DNA of 64,000 nt from Scyliorhinus canicula (Eukaryota): NCBI RefSeq assembly GCF_902713615.1, contig NW_024055490.1:405262-469261 (forward strand), written 5' to 3'. The notes beneath the pieces are model-generated. The model had not been told where the DNA came from, did not search any database, and saw only the letters and a list, made by a program, of their open reading frames with translations. A program made the translations under genes and the position numbers. This document shows, in pieces, positions 1-11,520 of this stretch (position 1 is the first letter of the stretch; each line of letters opens with the position of its first letter).

Positions 1-310
1 GTGTGACAGACAGAGAAAGAGAAAGAGAGCCCATATGTGTTTAGCAACGTGTCTGTGTGTTTGTGTGTGGGAGAGAACGGTTTTGTGAAAGACATTGCGT
101 GTTTGAGAGAGAGTGTGTGTGTGGGAGCGAGAGAAAGAGCCTGTGTGTGGGGGAGAGAAAGATTTTTGACATTGTTTGTGTGTGAGTAAGAGAGAGAGAG
201 GCAGACAGATGAGGGTGGGGGGGGGGGGGGGGGGGGGAGGAGGAGGGGGAAAGAACCTGTGTGTGTTTGACAATGTGTTTGTGTGTGGGTGTGAGAGAGC
301 AATATCTGTG
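1..310. repeat. GT/GA-rich low-complexity microsatellite region with poly-G run
   Basis: Runs of gtgtgt, gagaga and a long G tract; the 41..322 ORF is a low-complexity artefact. Confidence 0.9.
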
Positions 311-1189
311 GCACCATATCAAACATCAAGTTAAAGATTCACATTTCTCACAGATATAAGCCTTTTAAAGAAATCAAATTTCACTGGGAAATACAGGAGA
401 ACGAAGCAGAAGGTTTACAACCAGTCAGGAAGATTCCTGGTCCCAACACAATGACCCCGCGCACAGAAACTGAACAAACACAAACGGTGCAACAATCGGG
501 TTCCCAGCAGATAGATCTGTTCAATCTGCGAAATGCATTCAAATTGTTTGATTCCGATTGATCAGTAGCAGAATTGACCACAACAATAATTCTCTAACTT
601 CTTCGAAATTAATTGATCATCATCTGAAAACTCCCTCAACTATTTGTCCCTTTCTTTCTCAAATTTCGAAATTTGGGCAAAACAGAATTTTGCTGAAAAT
701 GAGCGCATCAAATATTACAGATTGAGAGGAGTAACAGAGTTTCAGGGACATGGTGAGAATTTTTAAAAAACTGGGAAACATTCACATTGAAAACCGATTG
801 CCGGATGTATCTAATTTCTTAATTAAACTTGATCAACAACATAATCGAGGTGAAACATCCGAGTAAAGAAACGTATTCTTTGCAAAAAACATTTTTGATA
901 CAATTTCAAATTCTTTGACAGCTTTGATATTTTGCGCAACAGTCTGAAAATCAATTGTCGGAGGTCATTAATATTTAATTAATTAGCAGTAGTATTATAT
1001 TGTAATTTATTGTTAATTGTCAGTTAGTTCTTCCATGAGGTGATGTGTACTCAATATTAAAACAATAAATAATTCAAACTTGTTTCTGCCTGGAACTTTG
1101 CTAAATAATTTAATTCAATCTTAAGCAGTGTTAAAGAAAACAATGTTGAATTTCTGGGTGGAAGTATTCAGACATGTTAGGTGAACACT

Positions 1190-1298
1190 CTGTGTGCCCG
1201 AACAGACGCTGGAGTGTGGCGTCTAGGGGATTTTCACAGTAACTTCATTGCAGTGTTAATTCAAGCCTACTTGTGACAATAATAAAGAATATTATTAC
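1190..1298 (+). mobile_element. SINE 3' tail fragment (family ending ...cacagtaacttcattgcagtgttaat..gcctacttgtgacaataa)
   Basis: The same tail recurs at ~20440-20510 and 22660-22735, and reverse-complemented at 38011-38100, 53113-53200 and 55393-55470. Confidence 0.75.
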
Positions 1299-2579
1299 TT
1301 TTAATTGAATATTTTACCTTTACTCCAACTACACTCTTTTAACCTACAAAAATGTTCAATATGCACATTTCAGAGCATGTTTATAAATCTTAAATTCCAT
1401 TTATTCTCAGAGTGTAATTCACATGATCAACTTATGAGTGGAGTATTTTAAATATTTTTAATCAGGTTGACATCGCAGTAACTGCGATCGGGACATGTAA
1501 CATCATCTGCTTGTTAAAGCAGGACTCCCGCGCGAAACTACATAGATAAATAAATAATGCCCCTGGCAGTTTGGGATCAATAAAGATGTTTCCTAGATTG
1601 AATGATTCAGACAATCCAAGCAATTTAATTATTAAAATAATGCTTCATTAAAGGAGATCCGAAATAATCAGCGTAAACCACAGTGAAAACAATTCATCCA
1701 GATCCTCTGCAGCACTCAAATATAATGTGCAAGTTAAGTCGAGATTTTCTGTTAAATTTAATATTTAAGAAGGATTAACCAAGGCTCAGATCAAATCTAT
1801 TCTTCTATTTTGCCATTTCTGTTTCCTATAATTCTATCCTATGTACAGCACAGAAATTGAGACAAGATGTTATTACTTATTGTCCAGCTAATTTTTATCT
1901 TCTGTGATTAAATTTATCTATTTGAATTTCAAGCCGTTACTTTTCAATCACTCGCCAAATGCAGTTAACCATCCGACAATTCAAGTCGAACCATATGAAC
2001 AATTCCTTGAACGTCAGCCACTTCCACATGATCAGATTAATGCCAATTATCTTGCTATCCAACTACACATAGAATTGAATGAATTATATAGTTGCGTCGC
2101 ACTGTAAGAATATTATAACTGGATCCATATATTGCCCAACTGCAATGTAAAATTCCGATTTAAGTGAATCAAGAAATGTTCCCAACCTATAAACTTTTCC
2201 GGCCATGTTAATAGTGCGCAAATTGCAGCTGAATTGTGAAAGGTTATTGATGATTAATGATATTAATATAAAAACATCTTTGGTTGATATGTTATATGAC
2301 CGCATTTGATTTGTTTAAATTGCACCAATTGACCCTCCAATTTTCAAAATTGTTAATCAACAGTTTCTGAAATATGTTCTGAATGATTGTTGTAAACCGT
2401 GGGTTATTCTGTAATTATCAACTAAAATTCAAAACTTGTTCTATCTTTATATCTTAATTTTTTTCTTAATTCCCAAAACCAGCCGATTGTCTGTCTACAG
2501 TCTTACTTCAAAACATTCAAACGCTTAGACTGTTGGCATTCAACGAGAAAACGCTAGCTCAATGTCACCGAGTTTAAAC

Positions 2580-2645
2580 AATGCAAAAACAATGCAGAAA
2601 CAATGCAGGGACAATGCAGGAACAATGCAGGAACAATGCAGAAAC
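2580..2645. repeat. 11-bp minisatellite (aatgcagRRac) x6 downstream of JH
   Basis: Six consecutive units aatgcaaaaac/aatgcagaaac/aatgcagggac/aatgcaggaac/aatgcaggaac/aatgcagaaac. Confidence 0.9.
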
Positions 2646-3353
2646 GCCAAATCTTTTCACAATTTTTAAAGATTCAATGTCACCCAGACACACAATCTCC
2701 ACAGCAGGAAAACATCAAATCACATCATTTAGCGGCTGGAACTCATTTTATGGAGAAGCAAGTCACTTCGACAAAAACATTCAACAGAACCAATTGCAAC
2801 ATTGCAGCAAAACCTCGATAAAATATACAGCCAATCAGCTCATCACCAAACGAATTCATTACAATATTAAATTAAACAGAAATATGTAACATTGCCACCG
2901 GCATTTTGAGCACGTAGATTATGTTCAATAAATCAAGATTGGAACTTTGCCACATTTAATTAATATTGTGTAATATTTCAAACAGTATCAGTAGATGTTG
3001 TATCAGGTGATAAAATCTAAAGCCATCAGATGCAACCTGGATTAGACACTGCAGAAACGCCAAACTGTTTAATAACAACTTTTAGGTATTTAAAGTAACC
3101 CAACACACTGTATCCTCAGAAAATAAACACCACACTACAACAACCAGGGACTGTATCCCTCAGCAGCATCTTTTTGTCAAAAAATCGCTTAGTTCTATAA
3201 CATTTTTCAGTAGAATCATATGAAACATTGCAAAACATCTCAATACAGAATCCACCAAACCACATTTCAGTGAACGAATTAATTTTTAAAACTGACAAAA
3301 TATGAAACAACGACTAAAGTAAAACAGTTAGTAAATAATTGAATGGTTCTTAC

Positions 3354-3401
3354 CTGCAGTCACCGTCACCATGGTGCCTTGTCCCCAGTAGCCGAAGGCG
3401 C
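3354..3401 (-). CDS. IGHJ: Immunoglobulin heavy-chain J segment (AFGYWGQGTMVTVTA)
   Basis: WGQG motif, open frame, GTAAG splice donor at 3353 and a 23-spacer RSS directly upstream. Confidence 0.97.
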
Positions 3402-3440
3402 CACAATGTTACATTCCCTGGGCAGCTCCATACAATAACC
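3402..3440 (-). other. JH recombination signal sequence, 23-nt spacer
   Basis: Plus strand: heptamer cacaatg 3402-3408, 23-nt spacer, nonamer acaataacc 3432-3440. Confidence 0.95.
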
Positions 3441-3758
3441 GCACCTGCACAAAATAGACAGAAATCCACTATTACTCAAACCAGAGGCAAAGTAAAGTCA
3501 CGATGGATCTTCCTGTGATTATAATTATATTGTGGATATCGCTCACACTTCACAAATGACCCGAATGTTTCATATATCACAGAGTAACACATGCGCATGT
3601 CATTCAAAATTTCTACTGATTATTGGATGATTATCGCATAATTATCAATATCGAAATATGTCATTCGACAGATTTGAACATAAATAATGCTTCACTGTGA
3701 ATAAAGTTGGATTATAAACGCGAGCACTGACCCAGCTTCAGTTAATTAGTGCTGAGGG

Positions 3759-3786
3759 GCTTTTTGTATTGACAGTAACTGCTGTG
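3759..3786 (-). other. D2 3' RSS, 12-nt spacer
   Basis: Minus strand CACAGCA-12-ACAAAAAGC. Confidence 0.9.
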
Positions 3787-3796
3787 CCACAGTTAT
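3787..3796 (-). CDS. IGHD: IgH D2 segment (ataactgtgg)
   Basis: 10 nt flanked by two 12-spacer RSSs, the shark D2 arrangement. Confidence 0.9.
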
Positions 3797-3824
3797 CACA
3801 GTGAGACACCGCGTGTCAAATACT
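3797..3824 (-). other. D2 5' RSS, 12-nt spacer
   Basis: Plus strand cacagtg-12-tcaaatact; the nonamer is divergent. Confidence 0.85.
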
Positions 3825-4128
3825 GCGGCAGACTGTTAACTGTAAAATACAGAGGTTTAATTTCAGTGTTCACTCAAAAACGTGATTCCGAATCGCCCAG
3901 CAGTGAACAAGTGAGATATTTCAACCTAGACTGGTTGTTCTAATCGTAAAAGGAGTTGGGATACTTTTAATACCCCTGATATAATATGATCAATAATACT
4001 AATGAAATGAAGATTTTAATGTTTTTTTTACAGCAATGGTACTTTCACCTATTATTTGATTTAAGTTGCGTTTTCTTTCACAATCTGCTGTGGTGCTGAT
4101 CACCAATTTGAACAAACTCTATCACTGA

Positions 4129-4166
4129 GGTTTTTGTATGAGGATGTCGCTGTGCACAGCACTGTG
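4129..4166 (-). other. D1 3' RSS, 22-nt spacer
   Basis: Minus strand CACAGTG-22-ACAAAAACC, perfect consensus heptamer and nonamer. Confidence 0.95.
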
Positions 4167-4178
4167 ACCCACTGTAGT
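4167..4178 (-). CDS. IGHD: IgH D1 segment (actacagtgggt)
   Basis: 12 nt between a 5' 12-RSS and a 3' 22-RSS, the shark D1 arrangement. Confidence 0.92.
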
Positions 4179-4206
4179 CACAGTGACAGACACCCGCACA
4201 AAAACT
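4179..4206 (-). other. D1 5' RSS, 12-nt spacer
   Basis: Plus strand cacagtg-12-acaaaaact. Confidence 0.95.
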
Positions 4207-4408
4207 GCACTCACTCTGTTCAATCCTGCTGATCAATATTCACTTCAAATAGATGCGTAATTCTGATCACGTTTAGAATTCATGCAACATTTCACAAAAC
4301 ACAATGGACAAAGGTCTCCTCCGTGTTCGAGACATATTGAAAATAACATTATATCCAGACCTGTAATTGCTAAAACTGTTATCAGAGAAGATAAACACAA
4401 ATAAAGTC

Positions 4409-4601
4409 TCACAGTCCAAAGATGTGCGGGTTAGGTGGATTGGCCATGCTAAATTGCCCGTAGTGTCCTAAAAGTAAGGTTAAGGGTTACGGGTATAGGG
4501 TGGATAGGGTATAGGGTTTGAGTAGGGAGATCATTGCTCGGCACAACATCGAGGGCCGAAGGGCCTGTTCTGTGCTGTACTGTTCTATGTTCTATGTTCT
4601 A
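4409..4601 (+). mobile_element. 5'-truncated HE1-type SINE inside the VH-D1 interval
   Basis: Matches the 3' half of the full SINE at 45505-45840, including the (tgttcta)n tail. Confidence 0.9.
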
Positions 4602-4758
4602 TATTAAGTACGTTAGTTTCTTAAATTTTACGATTACATTTTCTCCAGACTAATTTTGTAGGGAACAGCTTGGCTCTGGTTCACTGATATTAATATTACA
4701 TTTAAAACAAGCACTGACCTTCAGGTTATGATGGACTTTGTTGAATTTCGTCTCGAGC

Positions 4759-4797
4759 TGTTCTTGTGCGGGTCCAGCCCTGGTTCCTCTCGCTGTG
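4759..4797 (-). other. VH RSS, 23-nt spacer
   Basis: Minus strand CACAGCG-23-ACAAGAACA. Confidence 0.92.
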
Positions 4798-5102
4798 GTA
4801 TCCTGCACAGTAATAGATGGCGGTGTCTTCGGTCTTCAGGTTCGTCATGGCCAAAGAGACGATGCTGTTTGAAAGGTCTTTGGACGCAGTGAATCGGCCC
4901 TGAATCGCTGAGGCGTAGTACTTATAGGATGAACTATAGTAGGCAGCCAACCACTCCAGCCCCTGTCCGGGAACCTGGCGGACCCAGTGTATGTAGTAGC
5001 TGCCAAGATCGAAGCCGCTGGTTTTACAGGTCAGTGTCAGGGAGCCTCCGGGACGCCCGGTCTCTGCCTCTGGCTGAGTCAACACAACATCCGACTGGAC
5101 AC
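4798..5102 (-). CDS. IGHV: IgH variable exon, shark IgM-type VH ([51 protein letters not shown]...[11 protein letters not shown])
   Basis: Open frame with Cys23, Trp41 and YYC104; acceptor tttttacAG at 5104-5103; RSS follows directly. Confidence 0.97.
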
Positions 5103-5230
5103 CTGTAAAAATATATCAAAAAGCCCGAGGATTAATGCTGGTGAAATGATTGGTGACTCTGGAACATTCCAGAGAGAGACTAACACTGAGACAGTAACAG
5201 TGAGAGACTTGGACAATAAAAACTACTCAC

Positions 5231-5288
5231 GGGATAAGAAAGTCAGCAACAAACTGAGAGAAATGGCCCACCTCATCCTTCTGGTCAT
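5231..5288 (-). CDS. IGHV: VH leader exon (MTRRMRWAISLSLLLTFLS)
   Basis: In-frame ATGs at 5288 and 5276, hydrophobic core, GTGAGT donor at 5230. The phase-1 intron of 128 nt splices in frame to the V exon (..FLS-R-VQS). Confidence 0.93.
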
Positions 5289-5366
5289 TTGGGGGAAGTG
5301 GTTGTGTCAGGAACTCAGTGAACAAACCAGCTCCCGGACTGTTGGATTCGGGTCCCAGTGAGCGGC

Positions 5367-5440
5367 ATTTAAATACCCGGCAGAAGGGGGCGGCTTTCCA
5401 GGCGCCGCCTGTTGATTCCCTGGTGGAGGCGGCGCCTGGA
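5367..5440 (-). promoter_or_regulatory. Putative VH promoter: TATTTAAAT box, GC box and a 14-bp inverted repeat
   Basis: TATA-like 5367-5375 lies ~80 nt upstream of the first ATG; GGGGCGG near 5386-5393; IR arms 5397-5410 and 5427-5440. No octamer seen. Confidence 0.55.
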
Positions 5441-7149
5441 TCCACGTCCCACCTTCCACACCCCCAACAGAATGGACACAGAGATTTACTATAGGTTATT
5501 ATTAAAATAAACATTTATCTGTATCGGGATATTTGTTTGTCTGAATGGATTATTTGTAATGTCTCTCCTAATCCTAATGGCGAAATTATATTTGCCCACC
5601 TGGTAATAAAAACCTAATCCATTGTAAATTCAGTCTCTTTATTTCCACACTCCAATATCAGGGGCTGAACCTAAACAGTTTAAATTATATTGTCAGGGAA
5701 TAAATCGTCTGTCAGTCTGATTTGCAACACTCTCGGTCTCTATCCCATTAGAGCAATAAAGTATCATTTATCAGAGGAAATGTAACTAAATGCGGGGATG
5801 AACAAAGTGATTCAATTTCCAGTGCGGATGGCTATCACTGTACAATGTGGATCTGTAGATAAATAGAAACTCCTCACATTACACAATGTTTCTCCTGGTA
5901 TTTCTCGAACTGCCCCTGAGCCTCAGACAGTCCTGTGAACATTAACGGTAAAGAAGCCGCTTGCCTGATAATTCAGCAGTGAGCTGACAGAGAAACATAT
6001 AATTCATACCAGCTTTTGACAGAGAAGTTAATGAATCAGAACAGACACGGTGATCAGCAAAGTTATCCTTCAGCATCCAAATCATTGCCGCTAATTTTAC
6101 TGACCACCGGCTGTCTAACATTCACTGGTGTTGGGAACACAGGACATCAGGACTTTGCGGCAGATTAAGCAATATCAGAAGAATAAATGTTTTATTCTCC
6201 ACTAAAGCAGGCCATGAACTGGTCATTTCTCCACTCGTTGGCAGCAATAAGAGGGACTGTTAAATTATTGAAATCCAGACAAATTAAACTGTACAGAACA
6301 CGGTGTTAATCGGGTATAAGAGACGACTCCGTTTAAAGGAGATCAACAACTCGGAGAATATTCCTGGATTCCCCGCGAGTTCAATGCAGTTTATTTACTT
6401 TTAATTTATTTTATTTTATTTTTTGTAATTGGAGTCATCTTATTGAACTTATGGGTTGGGTCCATCAATACCACTCACTCTCACTTCATTAGGTTCTTAA
6501 CAAACGGACTTTAATAGCTAGAGTGACCTTTACTCAGAACTAATATAAATTATATAGCATCTGGTCAGGCTACTATTTTCCGATCATGTTTAATCTCAGA
6601 GTGAACAAAACATTCAGTGAATATATTTCTTTGCATGCATCACCATTTAAAACGTTTAGTTCATGTGCGACTAAACATTTATTGTTTGAATGAATAAATC
6701 CCATTGTGTCCATTCATATTCAGGTTAATCTGCCCCACACAGTATTTGGCAGCAATCCAGCCGCCTGCAGTCAGGGAGGCTCGAATGTTCAATGTTGTTT
6801 ACAGGAAGCATCTGTATTTTTTTTCAGAGATCTGTTGGCTCAGTACTGACCGCTTGGCTGCAAGCCAACTTCAAACTCTTAACATTATCAATGAGGACTA
6901 TTTATAAACAAATCTACCCAGCAACAGTACTGGAGATCTTTTTATGTTTAAAATTGCGAACTTATTTGAACTGTTCCCATCTCTAAGGAAAGGAGAGTTA
7001 TCCAGATTTTCTAGCCTCTCTTAACAACACTAACCGGCTGGAGGATCTCTCCCACACCTCATAACATTGTGATGATGGATAGAAATACAATCAGACTGTC
7101 AGACAGGGGATACATTTTGTAATAGATAAACATGTGCATTCATGTTTTT

Positions 7150-7500
7150 TTCCCTTTATTCTTCCATGGAATGTGGGACTCACTGGCAAGACCACCATGT
7201 GTTCCCTGTCCCTAATTGCTGTTGAACTGAGTGGGCCAGCTCAGAAGGAACTGAAGAGTCAGACATGTTGCTGTCTGACTGGAGCCACATGTAGGTGAGA
7301 CCAGGGAGGGATGTCAGATTTCCTTCATTAATGATGCAGAGGGGATTTCATGGTCACCATTAGTATGTATTCCAGATTTATTAATTGAATTCAAACTCCA
7401 CCACTGACCATAGTGGGATTTGTACCTGAGTCCCCACAGAATTAGCCTGGGCCTTTGGATTACTGGTACAATAACATTAATACTACACCACCACCTGCCA
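7150..7500 (+). mobile_element. Old interspersed repeat (SINE or LINE 3' end), family unassigned
   Basis: Homologous to 37140-37480 (gggatgtg..gtcactggc...catggtcaccattag...ggattact). Confidence 0.55.
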
Positions 7501-7996
7501 AAAGATAAAGGGATGACTATGTTTATGGAGGGATGGATGTTGCTTGGCTGCCTGAATATTTTTTATTAAGGAAGTAATGAATGTGGTTGATGGATGCATG
7601 GATAGATGGTCTGAAAGATGTTGTTCTACATTCTTAATTTTGCGCTTGATAAATTAAAGCAGGTCCTTCATAATTTGTGTCAGTCTAATAAATTCGGTGG
7701 TTCCAGCTCTTCTGGGTGAGTTCCATCCCCAGACTATCGGGAACTGACGAGCTGGATGTCACTAAGAGGAAACTGGAGATATTCCTGCGGTCCTGGTAAT
7801 TCTTCTCCGCTGATGGTGAATCTTCACCTCAAAGACAGAAAGCGGGAACATGATTACAGTGGGGATGGACGGATGGAATATTGTGTGCATGTGGTCATTT
7901 CATGTACAATAATTCACTCCAGATGTCCCAACCCAAATTAATGAAGACACCAGACTGAAAACAGAAATCCTGTAAAACTCAGTGGACAGCTGCAGA

Positions 7997-8347
7997 CATA
8001 GAACATAGAACAGTACAGCACAGAACAGGCCCTTTGGCCCTCAATGTTGTGCCGAGCCATGATCACCCTACTCAAACCCACGTATCCACCCTATACCCAT
8101 AACCCCCCCCCCCCTTAACTTTACTTTTATTAGGACACTACGGGCAATTTAGCATGGCCAATCCACCTAACCCGCACATCTTTGGACTGTGGGAGGAAAC
8201 CGGAGCACCCGGAGGAAACCCACGCACACACGGGGAGGACGTGCAGACTCCACACAGACAGTGACCCAGCCGGGAATCGAACCTGGGACCCTGGGACCCT
8301 GGAGCTGCGAAGCATTTATGCTAACCACCATGCGACCCTGCTGCCCC
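7997..8347 (-). mobile_element. Full-length HE1-type V-SINE
   Basis: Reverse complement of 45505-45840: tRNA-like head, V-core (ggtgctccggtttcctcccac) and (catagaa)n tail. Confidence 0.92.
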
Positions 8348-8939
8348 TAAACGTTGAATTACTTTCCAAAACAGTGTAATAACAAATCGGGATTTAAGGA
8401 TTCATTAACGTCACATAAGGTACAGGTATTTTAATTTTTACCGACACTTCAAAAATTATCTCACACTCCAGTCCGGCGATTCTGTTTGACGATGAGGTGA
8501 TTACTGACCAATACAGCGCAGAGGCTGCTGGGTAGCTGCATATTAACCTCGGTGCGGTTTAATTCCATTTCACATTGAATTCTGATGCAGATGTTACTTG
8601 TTGGTGACAGAATGGTCAATGCTATCTGAATGAAGTTTAATCTCAATAAATTATAGGAACATAGGAATTAGGAGCAGAAGTCGGAAATTCAGAACTTCGA
8701 GCCTGATCCGCCATTCAATCATCATGGCTGATCTCTTCCTGGTCTCAAAACCACCTCCCTTAAATGAATTGCATTTACATTTTGTAAAACCAAATGCCGA
8801 AAATAATTGGTGAATGGAACTATGCATGTTGTGAGTTGATCATAATTGATTAATATAATTATTTAACTTTGTGAATTGTGACAATTGGTGACATTCGCCA
8901 CGGAAGTCCTAAAGAATTACCATCTCCAGCAAAATAGAA

Positions 8940-9730
8940 TCTAACAAACTCTACTTGACATTCAATGATATTGCTATCGCTCAATCCCCAACTATCAGCA
9001 CCCTGGGGTTACCATTGACCAGAAGCTGTTCTGGACTGACCATATAAATACTGAGGCGACATGATCTGGTCAGGGCCTAAGAAGCCTGCGGCGAGTAACT
9101 CACTCCTGACTCCCAAAGCCTGTTCACCATCTACAAGGCACCAGTCAGGAGTGTAATTGAATACTCTCCAGTTGCCTGGCTGGGTGCAGCTCCGACAACA
9201 TTGAAGAAGTTTGACACCACCCAGGCCAAAGCAGCCCGCTTGATTGTCATCCTATGTGCAAACACTCTTATGAGGGACATGGATAGAATGGATGGGCAGG
9301 AATGCATTTCCAGAGTGGAGAGGTCTGTCATCAGGCAGCATAGGTTTAAGGTCCGTGGGGCAAAGTTTAGAGGAGATGTGCGAGGCAAAGTTCCATCCAC
9401 AACCGAAGAACAATGACAATAATGTACCATCCAACCGCAGAAACCCATCAAGTCTCCTTTGAAACGCCTTCTAAACCCAGGCCCATTACCTTCTAGAAGG
9501 AAAGGGCAGCTGACACATGGGAAGGTCACCACCTGGAAATTCCCCTCCAAATCACTCACTATCCTGACTTGGAAATATATCGCAGAATCTTCGGTGTCGC
9601 TGGTTCAAATGACTAGAACTCCCTCCCTAACAGCACCGTCGGTGTACCGACACCAGCGTGACTGCGGAGGTTCAAATAGGTAGCACACCACCACTTTGTG
9701 AAAGACAATTAGGGATGGACAATAAATCAT
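8940..9730 (+). mobile_element. Degenerate CR1-group LINE, 3' RT region
   Basis: Translates to YKAPVRSVIEYSPVAWLGAAPTTLKKFDTTQAKAARLI; paralogous remnants at 12480-13620, 36270-36895 and 44450-45005. Confidence 0.7.
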
Positions 9731-10329
9731 GGCCTAGCTAGCGACACCCGCACCATATAACTTAATTTAAAACTGTACTAATTTTTGTGAAACGACGATA
9801 ATTGGTGAATTCAATTATTTATATTCATAATTGAATGAAGATTGATGAATATAATTACTATGTTTCTGAACATTCGTGGCCTGCTCCTTCTCTGATGGAA
9901 GATATAAACCATCCCACAGGAGATTGAAGATGCAAAATCATAACCAATATCTGAAAACAAAGTGGACAGAGGAAACTGCAGCAACTATTGACATATCTCA
10001 CTCATAGCAGCACTGGGAAGGCCTTTGCTAGCTTCACACTTCAAACACTTCATCTGCTTGCAGGCTGAATGTAGCTGGAAGCACGGTGTGGTGTTTGTGT
10101 CGCAAGATTTACTCTGGGCGTGATCTGCTCCCTTTACCACTAGTCTACCCCTTCAACTTGCTTTCATCAATCTCAACAAACATTCAACACCATCAGCAGA
10201 GCAGGGACTATAAGATTTGGGGATAATTGGCTGTCTGTCAAAGCTCCCCTGTCTCATTCACTTCTTCCATGGCAAAATGCACTGCATTGTCCAGATTGAT
10301 GATTCCACTTCCGACAGATTCTAAGTGAA

Positions 10330-11520
10330 TAATTGAGTGAAAGAGGACCGTGTCATTGACCCAACTCTATTCGGGACCTTCCGCTTCAAGCTGCTGACCT
10401 TTGCTGAAGATATGGATCAAATCCACTAGCACACTCGGTCAGGCTGCAACCTCTACAACCTTTCAGCCATGAAAACGGAGACATAATCACAATGCATCCG
10501 CATCAGAGAATTCCTCTACGATGAAAATTCGATCATCCAAACAAAGCATCATCTGCAGAGACTTTTGGACTCTGTCCCCAATGTCTGTAACTTGTTCTTC
10601 CTGACCATAAGCATGAGGAAAACATTAGTCTTGGGACAAGGTGCTGTACTTTCGCCAATGGTCACACTAAATAAGAGCCAGTGAGCAGATTCTGCTCCCA
10701 AGTTTCCATGTTGAGAGACAGCCTTGATGTAGAACTTAATGCTGACATGGGGAAAGCAGGTACTACCTTTGTTTGACTCATAAAAATGTCCATGGAATAT
10801 CATCAAGCTTTGGAACGAGCTGATGATTTATAAGGCCTAAATTCTCAGATCAACAACCTTAGGTCAACAAGGTACAATGGTTAGCACAGTTGCTTCACAG
10901 CTTCAGGGTCCCCGATTCGAGTTCCACATTGGGTCACTGTTTGTGCGGAGTCTGCACATTCTCCCCGTGTCTGCGTGGGTTCCTCGGCTGCTACGGTTTC
11001 CTCCCACAGTCCAAAGATGTGCTGGACAGGTGGATTGGTTATGCTAAATTGCTATTAGTATCCAAAAAAGGTCAGATGGGGTTACGGAGATAGGGTGGAG
11101 ATGTGGGGATAGGGTGGAGGGACGGGTTAGGTAGGATGCTGTCTCCAAGGGACTTGATGGGCCGAATAGCCTCCTTCTGCACTGTAAATTCTATGATTCT
11201 ATGAACCGTGTTGCATGTCTGTGAAACAAGGAACACTTGCAGCTGTCAAGAAAAATAGCTCAAAAAATGTAATCTTTGTTGTCCGCAGTGCATTATGGAT
11301 ATTTACTGGCGGGCCAGATCAGAAATGTAGCATTGCTCTCAAAAACAGAGCTTCCAAGTCTCTTCAAAACAATCAGAAATAGGTGGTTTGCACGGTTATC
11401 GTGTGGTCCCTCAATGGAAGATGGTCACATGACCAAGGAATTTCCAAGCAGCCGGAGCCACGCAACCAGTGGGAAGCCAGATATTCCACTTCAAGGTTTC
11501 TTCTAAGTGTGACATGATGT
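10330..11520 (+). mobile_element. Degenerate RTE-like LINE remnant, interrupted by a SINE
   Basis: Decayed PTLFG...HTRS..LYNLS..IREFLY-DD-type RT motifs and a later YKA motif. Confidence 0.5.
10862..11204 (+). mobile_element. V-SINE (HE1-related)
   Basis: tRNA-like head, V-core and tail gcctccttctgcactgtaaattctatgattctatga. Confidence 0.85.

Noticed and set aside
1-3300. IgH constant exons or a switch region downstream of JH
   Set aside because: No Ig C1-set motifs in any frame and no AGCT/G-rich arrays; the distance is compatible with an ordinary J-C intron.
3788-3824. Second heptamer-like cacagtt inside D2, using the same nonamer
   Set aside because: The spacer would be 21 nt with a non-consensus heptamer and a weak nonamer; no evidence of use.
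7997-8347. SINE heads as additional tRNA genes
   Set aside because: They have A/B-box-like motifs but no complete cloverleaf and continue into SINE core and tail.
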